DNA from: a virus
Lineage: Duplodnaviria > Caudoviricetes
Direction: 5' to 3' (one strand)
Virus record (IMG/VR): IMGVR_UViG_3300017761_003550
Span: 1 to 64,000 of that record
Length of the DNA stretch: 64,000 nt
The position numbers and the translations under genes were made by a program. Shown here piece after piece: positions 36,553-46,771 of this stretch. The notes under the pieces were generated by a model. It had not been told where the DNA came from. It saw nothing but the letters and a program-made list of their open reading frames with translations, and ran no database searches. Each line of letters begins with the position of its first letter. Position 1 is the stretch's first letter.

Positions 36553-36975
36553 ATGGTATCTAGAGCAGATCGCAGAGCATCACCACCAACTCGTGATGCT
36601 GTATACTCAGATTTTCTTACAAATTTTAATGCGCATCCTAATACAGGTGATGTCATCCGGCGTGTTGATTCAGAGTCAGTCAAACGTGCATTACGTAATC
36701 TATTATTCACGAACAAAGGCGAGCGCTTTTTTCAACCGGATTTTGGATCAGATATCAAGAAATATCTGTTTGAACCAGTGTCTGAAATGACGCAACGTAA
36801 TCTTAGAACAGCCATTAAAGAAGCAGTTGAACACTTTGAGAAGAGGGCTATTCTTGAAGATGTTGTTGTCAAGTTGAACAATGATGAAGAATCTTACACA
36901 ATTGATCTTTATTTTAGAATAATAAATAATCCTGAGACCCAGTCTCTTAATGTCAAGTTGGATAGAATACGATAA
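36553..36975 (+). CDS. 25: Baseplate wedge gp25
   Basis: YSDF..NF.AHP.TGD, SVKRALRNL..TNKGERFFQPDFGS. Confidence 0.95.
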   Translation: MVSRADRRASPPTRDAVYSDFLTNFNAHPNTGDVIRRVDSESVKRALRNLLFTNKGERFFQPDFGSDIKKYLFEPVSEMTQRNLRTAIKEAVEHFEKRAILEDVVVKLNNDEESYTIDLYFRIINNPETQSLNVKLDRIR

Positions 36976-38765
36976 TGGCAACCGCAAATTCAAGCATTGC
37001 ACTAACATCACTTGATTTTGATTCGTACAAAGAATCTCTCAAGACATTTCTTCGTTCACAGTCACAGTTCGCCGATTATGATTTTGAAGCATCGAATATG
37101 TCGGTGTTTCTAGACGTTCTTGCATTCAACACATATCAAAATGCATTCTATATGAACATGATCGGTAATGAGATGTTCTTAGATTCAGCACAATTGCGTG
37201 ACTCTGTTATTAGTCATGCCAAAGAGTTAAATTATCTTCCACGCTCTTTCAAATCAGCGGAAGCTACTCTAGACATTCGCATTAACAGCACTAATGCAGA
37301 AAAGAAAAACATCACAGTTCCCAAAGGAACTGGATTTGTTACACGTGTTGGTGCTAACACATTCCTATTTACAACTAATCAGAATCATGTATTAACATCA
37401 GCAAACAGCACATTCACCGGAAGTATTAGAGTCTATGAAGGTGATTACATCACCGATTCTTATGTCTCATCAGATCGCGCATCACAAAGATATTTTATCA
37501 GCAACAAACAGGTTGATCTAGAGTCAATTAAGGTTGTGGTCATTGAAGACAATGGTGCTAATACAATTGATTACACAAGAGCAACAACGTTATTTGATAT
37601 CGACGAGACAGCCCCGGTATACTTTATACAACCAGGCACAAATGACCGCTATGAGGTGTTATTTGGTGATGGTATTATTGGTCGCAAACCAAAAAATGAT
37701 AGTGCTGTTGTTATTGAGTATCGCATCTCTAATGGTCAATTGCCTAATGGTGCTCGCACATTCCGTGTTGCGGAATCAATTGATGGTGAAGCTAATGTGG
37801 TTATCAGCACAGCATCATCAGCAACAGGTGGTGAGGTGTATGAGTCAATAGAGAGCATTAAATTCAATGCTCCTCGCGCATTCACAACACAAGAGCGAGC
37901 AGTTACTGCAGAGGATTATGAGAATCTTCTGCGTCTCAACTATCCAGAAATCAACGCTGTATCAGCGTTTGGTGGTGAGGATGCAACACCACCACAGTAT
38001 GGTCGTATCTTTATCTCTATTGACCTGAATGATGTTGATGGTCTCCCAAAAATCAAAGAGCAGCAGTATGTGAACTTCCTTCGTTCACGCAGCACTGTAT
38101 CAATGGATCCAATCTTCATTAGTCCTGATTACACATATATGCGTGTCATATCAGCAATCAAATACAACGTCAACCGTACCAGTTTAAACCCTGAGGATAT
38201 GCGTACACTTGTGTTGTCGGCAATCCTCAACTATGCTGATACAAGCCTAAACAATTTCGCTCGTATTTTCCGTTACTCTAAATTCATCAAAGCAATTGAT
38301 GATGCTGATCCAAACATCATCTCAAACGAGACAGAGGTACAGCTGGCTAAGTATCTCTCACCGTCACTGAATGTGAACCAAAAACTTCTAATTGACTTCA
38401 AGACACCAGTTTCTGATGATCTACCAGTAATTGCTTCTGAACACCCATCAGGTGACCAGCATGCTATTAGCAGCAGCCCATTTGTATACAATGGTATTCG
38501 TTGTGTTCTTGAGGATAATGGTAATGGTCTGCTGCGCATTGTCACAGCATCAGGAGCGACACACAGAGAGATGGCTGTTGTTGGTTCTGTTAATTATGCG
38601 ACAGGCGTTGTAACAGTATCCAACTTCAACATCAGTGGTTTTGATGGTACATACTTCAAGGTGTATGCACGTACTAACACTAAAGACATCCAATCAAATA
38701 AAAATGTCATCCTAAATATCCTTGAATCAGACGTAGCAATCACAATTGAGCAGGTAAGGGAATAA
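36975..38765 (+). CDS. 6: Baseplate wedge gp6
   Basis: LDFDSYKESLK, DYDFEAS, LDSAQLR.SVISHAK.L.Y.PRS, FGDG.IG, RAVTAEDY. Confidence 0.96.
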   Translation: MATANSSIALTSLDFDSYKESLKTFLRSQSQFADYDFEASNMSVFLDVLAFNTYQNAFYMNMIGNEMFLDSAQLRDSVISHAKELNYLPRSFKSAEATLDIRINSTNAEKKNITVPKGTGFVTRVGANTFLFTTNQNHVLTSANSTFTGSIRVYEGDYITDSYVSSDRASQRYFISNKQVDLESIKVVVIEDNGANTIDYTRATTLFDIDETAPVYFIQPGTNDRYEVLFGDGIIGRKPKNDSAVVIEYRISNGQLPNGARTFRVAESIDGEANVVISTASSATGGEVYESIESIKFNAPRAFTTQERAVTAEDYENLLRLNYPEINAVSAFGGEDATPPQYGRIFISIDLNDVDGLPKIKEQQYVNFLRSRSTVSMDPIFISPDYTYMRVISAIKYNVNRTSLNPEDMRTLVLSAILNYADTSLNNFARIFRYSKFIKAIDDADPNIISNETEVQLAKYLSPSLNVNQKLLIDFKTPVSDDLPVIASEHPSGDQHAISSSPFVYNGIRCVLEDNGNGLLRIVTASGATHREMAVVGSVNYATGVVTVSNFNISGFDGTYFKVYARTNTKDIQSNKNVILNILESDVAITIEQVRE

Positions 38766-38766
38766 G

Positions 38767-39285
38767 ATGACACTGTTAAATAAAATTCGCGAAGTATTGG
38801 CAGAGTCTAAGGTTGATCTTCCATTTGACACCAAGTTGCTGTTGATGAAATCACACAAAGCTATTGGTCATCTGATTGATAACAACACAAGAACACCAGA
38901 AAGAAATGGGTATACTGAAAGATTACATGATCATCCAGAGCATCTTAAGGCTCTTCATCATGCCATCGGAAATAGTATTCGTCGTTTAAACCCAAATACA
39001 CCAGATATGCAGACTTCGCATCCTAAAGGTAAAATGGGTGGACTTGTTAGATGGGACAGACCAAAACACCAGAAAGCTCTGTTGTGGATGGCTAGAAATG
39101 AGTTGAATAAAGTAAGAGCGCAACATGGTAATCCATTCAATTATGGACATCCAAATCCATCACATAAGATGAGTGATGGTGAGTTTGATGAGCATATCCG
39201 CAGACTAGGTGATGTTGTTGGTACTAAGCCTTGGCCAGAAGATGGCATGAAGGACACAATCAAAAAGGTTTGGAATAGATCATAA
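38767..39285 (+). CDS. Putative internal head protein (MTLLNKIREVLAES) inserted between gp6 and gp7
   Basis: LAE|S motif; His/Lys-rich; not a baseplate protein. Confidence 0.65.
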   Translation: MTLLNKIREVLAESKVDLPFDTKLLLMKSHKAIGHLIDNNTRTPERNGYTERLHDHPEHLKALHHAIGNSIRRLNPNTPDMQTSHPKGKMGGLVRWDRPKHQKALLWMARNELNKVRAQHGNPFNYGHPNPSHKMSDGEFDEHIRRLGDVVGTKPWPEDGMKDTIKKVWNRS

Positions 39286-39824
39286 TGGCTGTAAATTACA
39301 GATGGATATACCAAAAACATTATGGACCTATCCCAAAAGGATATGATATCCATCATCGCGATGGTGACCATGGTAATTGTGACATATCTAATCTAGTAGC
39401 TGTAACACTTCAAGAACACTACGACATACATTTTGCTCAAGGTGATACTGCTGCTTGTCAAGCAATTGCAATGAGAATGTCTCGTCCCCCTGAAACTGTC
39501 TCAGAGTTAGCTAAAAAACGTGTTGCTGAAGGTACACACCCATTCCAAGATAAAGAAGCAGCAAAACAACGAGCATACAAAAGAATTGCAGAAGGTACAC
39601 ATCCTTTTTTTGTAGATGATTTTCAAAAGAAAAACAACAAGAAAAGAGTTGAGGCTGGCACTCATAATATGCTGGGTCCAGCGTTATCCAAGAAAAGATT
39701 GGCTGAAGGCACACACCCATCACAAAAATTAAGAACATGCCCACACTGTAATAAACAAGGTAAGGCACCTGGTATATTCAAGTGGCATTTCGATAAGTGT
39801 TCAGAGAAACAATTATGTCTATAG
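39285..39824 (+). CDS. HNH homing endonuclease
   Basis: YGPIPKGYDIHHRDGDHGNCDISNL...EH; four R(V/I/L)xxGTH repeats; CPHC...WHFDKC zinc finger. Confidence 0.88.
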   Translation: MAVNYRWIYQKHYGPIPKGYDIHHRDGDHGNCDISNLVAVTLQEHYDIHFAQGDTAACQAIAMRMSRPPETVSELAKKRVAEGTHPFQDKEAAKQRAYKRIAEGTHPFFVDDFQKKNNKKRVEAGTHNMLGPALSKKRLAEGTHPSQKLRTCPHCNKQGKAPGIFKWHFDKCSEKQLCL

Positions 39825-42800
39825 AAAAAACAATCAGTCAGTATGTAGAGAAGCAGTTCCCAGCATTCTATCAAGACGAAGGACCACAATTTATCAGCTT
39901 CGTAAAAGCATATTACGAGTGGCTTGAGCAACCAGACAATGTGGCATATAAGGCTCGTCATCTGCTTGAGTATCGCGATATCGATACCACACTTGATGAG
40001 TTCATTCTTTACTTCAAAGAGAAATATCTCAAGAACATTCAGTTTGATACCGCAACCAACAAGAAACTGTTGGTCAAGCACTCATTAGACCTGTATCGTT
40101 CAAAAGGAACTGAGCGTTCTATTGACCTGTTCTTCAAGCTGGTGTTTGGTACCGCAGCAGAGGTACAATACCCAGGTGAGCGTATCTTCAAGCTATCTGA
40201 TGGTGTGTGGGAGCTTCCAAAATATCTCGAAGTAACATACAACAAGTTCAATCTCAATTACGTTGGTAGACAGATCATTGGCTCAGCCAGTGGCGCAACA
40301 GCATTCGTAGAGCGTTATATCCGTCGCCGTGCTGGTTATGGATATGTCAATCTGCTCTATATCAGCAATCAAGTGGGTACATTCACACGTGGTGAAGTCA
40401 TTGGTGTTCAATCAAGTGGTCGCTCAGTATACACACCAGGGCAGACAGCAACAATCATCGGTTCTATTGAAAGTGTAATCATTCAGGACAATGGACGTGA
40501 CTTTGCTATTGGTGATACCGTAAACTTCCTACATAGTGATCGTGGTATTGGTGGACAAGCACGTGTCACATCAATCGGCGAAGCCTCTGGTATTATCGAT
40601 TTCATTCTGAATGATGGTGGCTGGGGATACACAACCAATGCTACATCTATTGTTTCAGAGAAAGTAGCAACAGCTAATGGTGTTGTCGGCACAGTTGGTG
40701 CTAATCAGATCACACTATTCGATATGGCCATTCAGCCAACCATCTCCGTTGACTTCACAACTGGTCCTCAGATAGCACTTGGTGATATCGTTGGACGATA
40801 TGATGGTGCCAATCTTATTGCTAATGGTCAGGTGATTGAGATTGATCAGGTTTCTGGTAATGCCACTGGTACGATGACGATCAGCGTCAACAAGGGACCA
40901 TTTACCGAAGGCACACTGTATGTTAATGGGAACACAACAAGCCTTAATGCAACGACTATTGTAGACAGCAGCACCTATGCTGACATCATGGGTGTGCCAA
41001 GCGTGTATCAGCTATCTGTAGCCAACACAAATGGTGAATTTACCGTCGGAATGAATGTATTCCAGATACAATCTAGCATTGTACATGGGTATGGAACGGT
41101 GTCAAGCGTCTCCAATGGAGTGCTTGTGATTAGTGCAGCGACCGGAAACTTTAGCAATGGAACACCACTAATTGTAAGTGAGAATAACAGCGTCAATGCA
41201 ATCATCTCGAAGGTCGACACCACAATAGGTCTCTATAACATCAACAAACGGGCTTACAGCCTTGATTTTATTAGTGCAAACAACGATGGCATTGCAAACT
41301 CGCAATATTTGTTCCAATATGATGCATCTGCAAATGTCGTTTCCAGTGGGTTAGCCCTTCACTCGTCCGTGTCGTCCAATGCTGGAACTATCGAGTATGT
41401 TCCCATGAAGGGGCAGTTCCAGCTGTATGTACCCATCTACACAGTCGGTAATACCGCCAAGGCCAGCGTCTCTGTCATCACTGCACCAACAACAGGTGGT
41501 GACTTCGTGGAGTCGGCCAATGCTATCTGGAGAACGGCATATACCAATACCATGTTCACTGTATCCTCACTATCCGAGGGCACCGGTGCACAATTCGATG
41601 TTGGTACCATTGGAGAGACAGAAGTCCTGTATCTGGGCACCGATATCATCTCCGCGAATGGTGATGCGAGAGCAAACTTTGCGAGAAAGAGAATATTCGT
41701 CGGGTCGAGCACATCATTCCAAACTGGTGATTTCGTCTCGCAGGTCACAAACACGACATTTACCGCATATGGAACAGTTACTGGCACAGCTACTGGTATT
41801 GTACGTGTGACTGATATCTATGGGACATTCGGAAATACCGGTGGTGCCAATGGCAATCTACTGGTAGTGGGCAATTCCGCTGTCAACTCAAACATCACCG
41901 ATGTACTGGGAATCACCGCCTCTAGCTTCTTTCTGCAAGATATACCATATATGTACCTCCCAATCAGAGCATCCAGCTATGGATTCCCCAAGAACCCACA
42001 GGGCAACCATGCAGACATTATCTTTGACTGTCTATCCTTTGATCGATTCGAAGTGGGCACAATCGACTCATTAGCTGGTGTTGACCCTGGTTCTGGCTAC
42101 AATGTGGACCCATATGTTCTGGTGGAGCAACCAGAGATCGCTGGCTTCCAGAGACGGGACTATGTCTTCAATGTATCCAACTCGAGCTCATCATTCCTTG
42201 TGGGAGAGAAGATCAACCAGGTAGCGGCAAACCTGACGACATATACGCTCACTGTCAACTATGGCACGAGCAATACCGTGTATGTGAGCAGAAGCGCCAA
42301 TGTCACTCCGACATATGATGTGATTGCTGCTACCGACTTCATATACGCACAGAGCAACATATACACATTCACCGCTGGACAGGTGGTGAATCCATTCACA
42401 AGCTCTCTTGAGGTCGCCAATGAACTCCTTGTTGGAGATACTCTGAGATACTATGCAGAGACTGGGAATACTGGGATTATCGCGAACAATACCTTTGTCA
42501 CAGTGACAGCAGCCAATTCATCTGCATTCACAGTGAATGTGGCATTGACGATCACCAGCAACACATTCAATCCAAACAATATCGTCAACAACTTCATCAG
42601 CATAGCATCCAACCCATATGCGAATGGTGTACCACTGAGATATGTTGTAGCAGCAGGGAATACCGCTGTACCAGGCATATCCAACAACAACACATACTAT
42701 GCTGTAGAAGCAAATAGCACCGGTCTCCGCTTGTCATCAACACTATCCGGATCGGTACTGTCACTGACACTGGGCGCCAATGAGACTGGCCATGCTCTGA

Positions 42801-43816
42801 CAAGCACACTTCCAGCTAGCAATGGACATAAGTTCTCGGTATATCGCAACTCATTCAGCAATGGTGAGCAGGTGATCTACAATAACACATATGTCGGCTC
42901 TGCAGTGATCACTGGACTGGCAAACAACACTATGTACTATGTGGTACAGGCAAATAGCGTTGGATTCAAGGTAGCAACAACATTCGGTGGTGCAAACATT
43001 GATTTGACTGCTGGAGGTAGTGCGAATGACCACTTCTTCACATCAATCCCAGGCTGGCTCATTAATGAGGGTGTATACTCCAATAGTGGTGCATATGGTG
43101 TAATTCAGAGTGTTGGTAATGGGTCCATCGTTGTTAAAAGCGTCAGCAATGGCACATTCGCTGCACCAGGCACACTTAGCTCGAACACCAACTCTTACTT
43201 AACCGCCAATGTAGCAACAAGCACACTGAGCACTATAACACAGACATCAGAGGGCATCGTGAAGTCTTCTAACACTTCAGTCATTGTGGTTAAAAGGATT
43301 CAGTTTGAGAACAACTGGGCGTCTAACACCACTATAACGGGTGAAGTCACCGGTGCTACAGCAGTCTTAAACAGCATCGATATAGACACACTATCACTGC
43401 CTGTTGGTTTAAACGCCAATGTTGAAGCCAATGTCATTGCTGCTGAAGGACAGGTCACGGGTTTAAAGATCATTGATAGTGGCTTCGGATATGACAACAG
43501 TGAGATAATACAGTTCACCAGCGTTGATGGTTTAAGAGCAGCCAGTGCCAAGGTTATATTAGGTGGTGTTGGTAAGGGTGCTGGTTATTATAAGAGCTCT
43601 AAAGGCTTTCTTAGTGACTCTGTATGCTTACACGATGGCGATTACTATCAGGAATACTCTTATGAGATCTTTAGTAAGCTCTCAGTTGATCGGTATAGTG
43701 ACATGTTTAAGAAGGTGATGCACACGGCAGGGACCAAGTTCTTTGGCTCCGCACGAGTCGTGGAAGAGGATGCCGTGGTGGTGACGCTTGTTGACTCCAC
43801 TGTGGTCCAAGAGTGA
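39815..43816 (+). CDS. 7: Baseplate wedge initiator gp7 (with large insertions)
   Basis: QFPAFY..EGP.F..FVKAYYEWLE, YRSKGT..SI.LFF, DGDYYQEYSYEI, MHTAGTKFFG. Confidence 0.9.
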   Translation: MSIEKTISQYVEKQFPAFYQDEGPQFISFVKAYYEWLEQPDNVAYKARHLLEYRDIDTTLDEFILYFKEKYLKNIQFDTATNKKLLVKHSLDLYRSKGTERSIDLFFKLVFGTAAEVQYPGERIFKLSDGVWELPKYLEVTYNKFNLNYVGRQIIGSASGATAFVERYIRRRAGYGYVNLLYISNQVGTFTRGEVIGVQSSGRSVYTPGQTATIIGSIESVIIQDNGRDFAIGDTVNFLHSDRGIGGQARVTSIGEASGIIDFILNDGGWGYTTNATSIVSEKVATANGVVGTVGANQITLFDMAIQPTISVDFTTGPQIALGDIVGRYDGANLIANGQVIEIDQVSGNATGTMTISVNKGPFTEGTLYVNGNTTSLNATTIVDSSTYADIMGVPSVYQLSVANTNGEFTVGMNVFQIQSSIVHGYGTVSSVSNGVLVISAATGNFSNGTPLIVSENNSVNAIISKVDTTIGLYNINKRAYSLDFISANNDGIANSQYLFQYDASANVVSSGLALHSSVSSNAGTIEYVPMKGQFQLYVPIYTVGNTAKASVSVITAPTTGGDFVESANAIWRTAYTNTMFTVSSLSEGTGAQFDVGTIGETEVLYLGTDIISANGDARANFARKRIFVGSSTSFQTGDFVSQVTNTTFTAYGTVTGTATGIVRVTDIYGTFGNTGGANGNLLVVGNSAVNSNITDVLGITASSFFLQDIPYMYLPIRASSYGFPKNPQGNHADIIFDCLSFDRFEVGTIDSLAGVDPGSGYNVDPYVLVEQPEIAGFQRRDYVFNVSNSSSSFLVGEKINQVAANLTTYTLTVNYGTSNTVYVSRSANVTPTYDVIAATDFIYAQSNIYTFTAGQVVNPFTSSLEVANELLVGDTLRYYAETGNTGIIANNTFVTVTAANSSAFTVNVALTITSNTFNPNNIVNNFISIASNPYANGVPLRYVVAAGNTAVPGISNNNTYYAVEANSTGLRLSSTLSGSVLSLTLGANETGHALTSTLPASNGHKFSVYRNSFSNGEQVIYNNTYVGSAVITGLANNTMYYVVQANSVGFKVATTFGGANIDLTAGGSANDHFFTSIPGWLINEGVYSNSGAYGVIQSVGNGSIVVKSVSNGTFAAPGTLSSNTNSYLTANVATSTLSTITQTSEGIVKSSNTSVIVVKRIQFENNWASNTTITGEVTGATAVLNSIDIDTLSLPVGLNANVEANVIAAEGQVTGLKIIDSGFGYDNSEIIQFTSVDGLRAASAKVILGGVGKGAGYYKSSKGFLSDSVCLHDGDYYQEYSYEIFSKLSVDRYSDMFKKVMHTAGTKFFGSARVVEEDAVVVTLVDSTVVQE

Positions 43817-44128
43817 CACACGACACTGTGCCACGCGTCTTGGTGTCTCTAAAAAACCGAGGCGGCCCGGTTGATTTTCGGGTCCCCCTGCGTCGCCCCT
43901 TTAGCGGGGTAGGACCCGACTACCCCATTTCATAATGAGCAATAGTTGCGAGCTGCACCCTGCTATGTTTGCATTGGAATCGTCTCAAAAAATTTTTGCG
44001 AAAAAAAATTGCGGGCTGCAAAAAATCGTCCGTTTTGAAAACACCTCCCCCCCGTAATTGTGAAGAGTGACAAAGATATTGGGAAAACATAAATATACAC
44101 GAAACGCTAGATAAGAGGAACTGCAGTT
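43817..44128. other. GC-rich hairpin plus A-tract non-coding region
   Basis: No ORF. Competing hairpins at 43878-43926; A/T tracts at 43987-44041; CATAAATA at 44088-44095. Confidence 0.6.
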
Positions 44129-45193
44129 ATGTCATTCACATTAAGACCAAGAGATATGTCCGCCCACCCTAAGAATGTTGAAGATGAAAATGGTGCCGGT
44201 CACGCTACCTCTAATGGTGGTATCACCGATTCCGTCACATATCATTTTACCGCACATGATCATAAAGGAAGGCATATCGGTAATGTTTCTGTGAATGATG
44301 GGTTTGGTTACGACAACGAATTCAAGGTCAAATTTGCCCCAAAGGGAGCAACGGGTGCCGCTGCCAAGGGAACTGATATTACCCACGCAATAACACGATC
44401 AGATCAATTTGATATGGATCGTAATTATAATGGTAACAATGCCGATCATGCTCATGAGCATGGCATAGCAGCTTTAACTAGCTACCTCGGAAAGCCCGCC
44501 AGAAAGAGAGATAATTTCAATATTGAATCAACTGAGACACCAAAGAAATCACTTGCAGAATCTGCCGCAAAATTAATCTCTCAGCAAACCGAATTGTCTG
44601 AGATGGGGGATAAGAAGGGTAACGGGGTCTTACACCACTTTCGTTCTGAAAAAGATGTTGCTGGGATGGCCAGACAAAAAAAACTTAATGATCATAAAAA
44701 GGGTTTCGAAGAAGCGATGGTTCGCCGTAACAGGGCGCTGGCGAAGGCTACAGATCTGATGACTCCAGATAGAGATAGATCCACCCACCTAGCCATGGCC
44801 AACCAAGCTCACGGTGAAGCACAGGAACATGCTAAGGAACACACAAAAATTATGAATGCTGGTCGCAGATATACACATAAACCACATGCCAGCCTTTATG
44901 GTGAATTTGAATCTAAGATGCCTAAGAGCACACCTAGACAAGAGTTTGACAAGTCGCGAGATCATCGAGATCATCGAGCGGAGTCTAATCTTGGTAAGAT
45001 TAAAAGAGATCACGCAGCTGCCGTAAAAAGGGTTGAAGATCACCTTGCAAGTACTGAAACTTGGCGACGCCATCGCCCAGCATCTGCGGAACAAACTGCA
45101 GAACACAGCAAAAAACTTAAATTGGCTAAACAAGAAGTTGCGAAACACAGAGCTGCCTTCATCGACGCCGGTGGTAAAGAGTCAGATCTTTAA
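44129..45193 (+). CDS. Hypothetical His/Arg-rich protein with internal [ILV]xE sites
   Basis: Late motif upstream; KKSLAE|S and TELSE|M internal. Confidence 0.75.
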   Translation: MSFTLRPRDMSAHPKNVEDENGAGHATSNGGITDSVTYHFTAHDHKGRHIGNVSVNDGFGYDNEFKVKFAPKGATGAAAKGTDITHAITRSDQFDMDRNYNGNNADHAHEHGIAALTSYLGKPARKRDNFNIESTETPKKSLAESAAKLISQQTELSEMGDKKGNGVLHHFRSEKDVAGMARQKKLNDHKKGFEEAMVRRNRALAKATDLMTPDRDRSTHLAMANQAHGEAQEHAKEHTKIMNAGRRYTHKPHASLYGEFESKMPKSTPRQEFDKSRDHRDHRAESNLGKIKRDHAAAVKRVEDHLASTETWRRHRPASAEQTAEHSKKLKLAKQEVAKHRAAFIDAGGKESDL

Positions 45194-45206
45194 GAGGAAT
45201 AATATT

Positions 45207-45494
45207 GTGAGAAAATCTTTAAAGCAAATTATAGCGGAGAAGCATCTAAGAGAATCTGTATCTCAAGGTCGTCGGGCGATTGTTAGGCAGATGAAATCAG
45301 ATCTTGATGGTCTTAATACAAAGGCACAAAACTATAGAAGCATCTCCGCTTTCCATAAAGATTGTCTAGCTACTGCAACAAGAGTTGATGATGCGGAGCA
45401 TTCCCAGTTCATGAGTGATGTAAATAAAGACATAGCAAACAGAGTTCAGGCGCATGCCGACGAACTAGCAGCCAAAATTAAAGCTGTTCGATAA
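45207..45494 (+). CDS. Putative internal head protein (MRKSLKQIIAEKHLRES)
   Basis: GAGG SD before GTG at 45207. Confidence 0.7.
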   Translation: MRKSLKQIIAEKHLRESVSQGRRAIVRQMKSDLDGLNTKAQNYRSISAFHKDCLATATRVDDAEHSQFMSDVNKDIANRVQAHADELAAKIKAVR

Positions 45495-45524
45495 ATACAC
45501 AAAACCTTCCGGAGAGATATTAAG

Positions 45525-46760
45525 ATGGTAAAGATTACTCTAGATAGTGTCAAGCACCACGATAACGGCACACCCGAGCCAGGCGAAGAGCATTATGGTG
45601 ATGGCTATACGCATACGTTCCATGTGCATTCTAATAGTGGTGAGCATATTGGTACAGTGACGCACTACACAACGGAAGGTGGATATCCAAGACAAATTAC
45701 ATATCACCACATGTCTGATGGAAAGCCGACATTTACTAGCTATGGGGCAAAACGCTGGACTCCTATTGGACGAACGCTCGAAAGAGGTCTGAAATACGAA
45801 AATGACTTCGATAAAGATGGAAATGATCTAACTAAAGAAAAAGCAGAGGGTGTAAGAGCTAGAAATGCCCTTACGCAAGTAAAGAGTGCCGTTCGTTTAT
45901 TTGCAAGAAGCAAAGGAGGTCAAGACTTTCTTGCCGCATCACACTTTGATGCTAAGACTAAGGGTAATAAAACTCCAAAGCGCGAAATGCCTAAGGAACT
46001 TGGGGAATCATTTAAAAAAAGCAAGCTTACTATCATCAAAGAAGCTATTCGCGAACAGCAGCCTGTTCAAGAACAAACTGAAGCCGAGAAGCATACCTGG
46101 TTTGCTCAACAACACACTAAAGCCGCTGATCAACTAGATGGTCGCATTGCCACATTAAATTATAGATTTAATTCCGCTGCAAAGCAATCTAAAGAGTTTC
46201 CAGGTGTGTCTGATTCCACATCAATAAAAGCACACCATATGAATATCGCTATTTGGCAAGCTATAGCGGATGGCCATCGTAAAGATGCTGCTTGGCACAC
46301 TGGAAAGGCCAAAGAACTTACTCCTGCTGTAGAATCATATGTCTCAGAAAGAGCGGGAGCGAATTTTCAAATTGTGGCGCCCGACCATGATGATGATGGA
46401 AAAATCTTTACAAGACGCGAGGATGCTATTGCTAGAATCAAAAAAATAAAGAAAACGCATCCTAGTATCCGTTCTAGTATTAAGAGTCTCCATGCTGAAG
46501 CCACAGAAGAAGATAAGAACTCTCAAGAAATAACAAGACAAGAATGGTATAAGGCCAAGGAAAAAATCCACAAAAACAATCGCGCATTACTAAGAAAGGT
46601 TGGTATTAATGGCCCTGGACAATCAATTAAAGGTTGGACCGGAGTTGTCACACACAAAGGCAAGCAAGTAAATGTTGCTAAGCTGAGAAGTCAGGTTGGT
46701 TGGACTGCAGATCTATTTCGCAAGAATCGCCTAGCTGGTAAAGTAGAAACTGCAGATTGA
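45525..46760 (+). CDS. Modular hypothetical protein with several internal [ILV]xE linkers
   Basis: GATAAATA at 45490-45497; ELGE|S, IIKE|AIRE|Q, YVSE|R. Confidence 0.8.
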   Translation: MVKITLDSVKHHDNGTPEPGEEHYGDGYTHTFHVHSNSGEHIGTVTHYTTEGGYPRQITYHHMSDGKPTFTSYGAKRWTPIGRTLERGLKYENDFDKDGNDLTKEKAEGVRARNALTQVKSAVRLFARSKGGQDFLAASHFDAKTKGNKTPKREMPKELGESFKKSKLTIIKEAIREQQPVQEQTEAEKHTWFAQQHTKAADQLDGRIATLNYRFNSAAKQSKEFPGVSDSTSIKAHHMNIAIWQAIADGHRKDAAWHTGKAKELTPAVESYVSERAGANFQIVAPDHDDDGKIFTRREDAIARIKKIKKTHPSIRSSIKSLHAEATEEDKNSQEITRQEWYKAKEKIHKNNRALLRKVGINGPGQSIKGWTGVVTHKGKQVNVAKLRSQVGWTADLFRKNRLAGKVETAD

Positions 46761-46771
46761 AGGTTTAAGGT

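Noticed and set aside
45033-45206. Upstream extension of the 45033-45494 ORF
   Set aside because: Overlaps the preceding gene; GTG 45207 has a proper SD and yields the CTS-like N-terminus.
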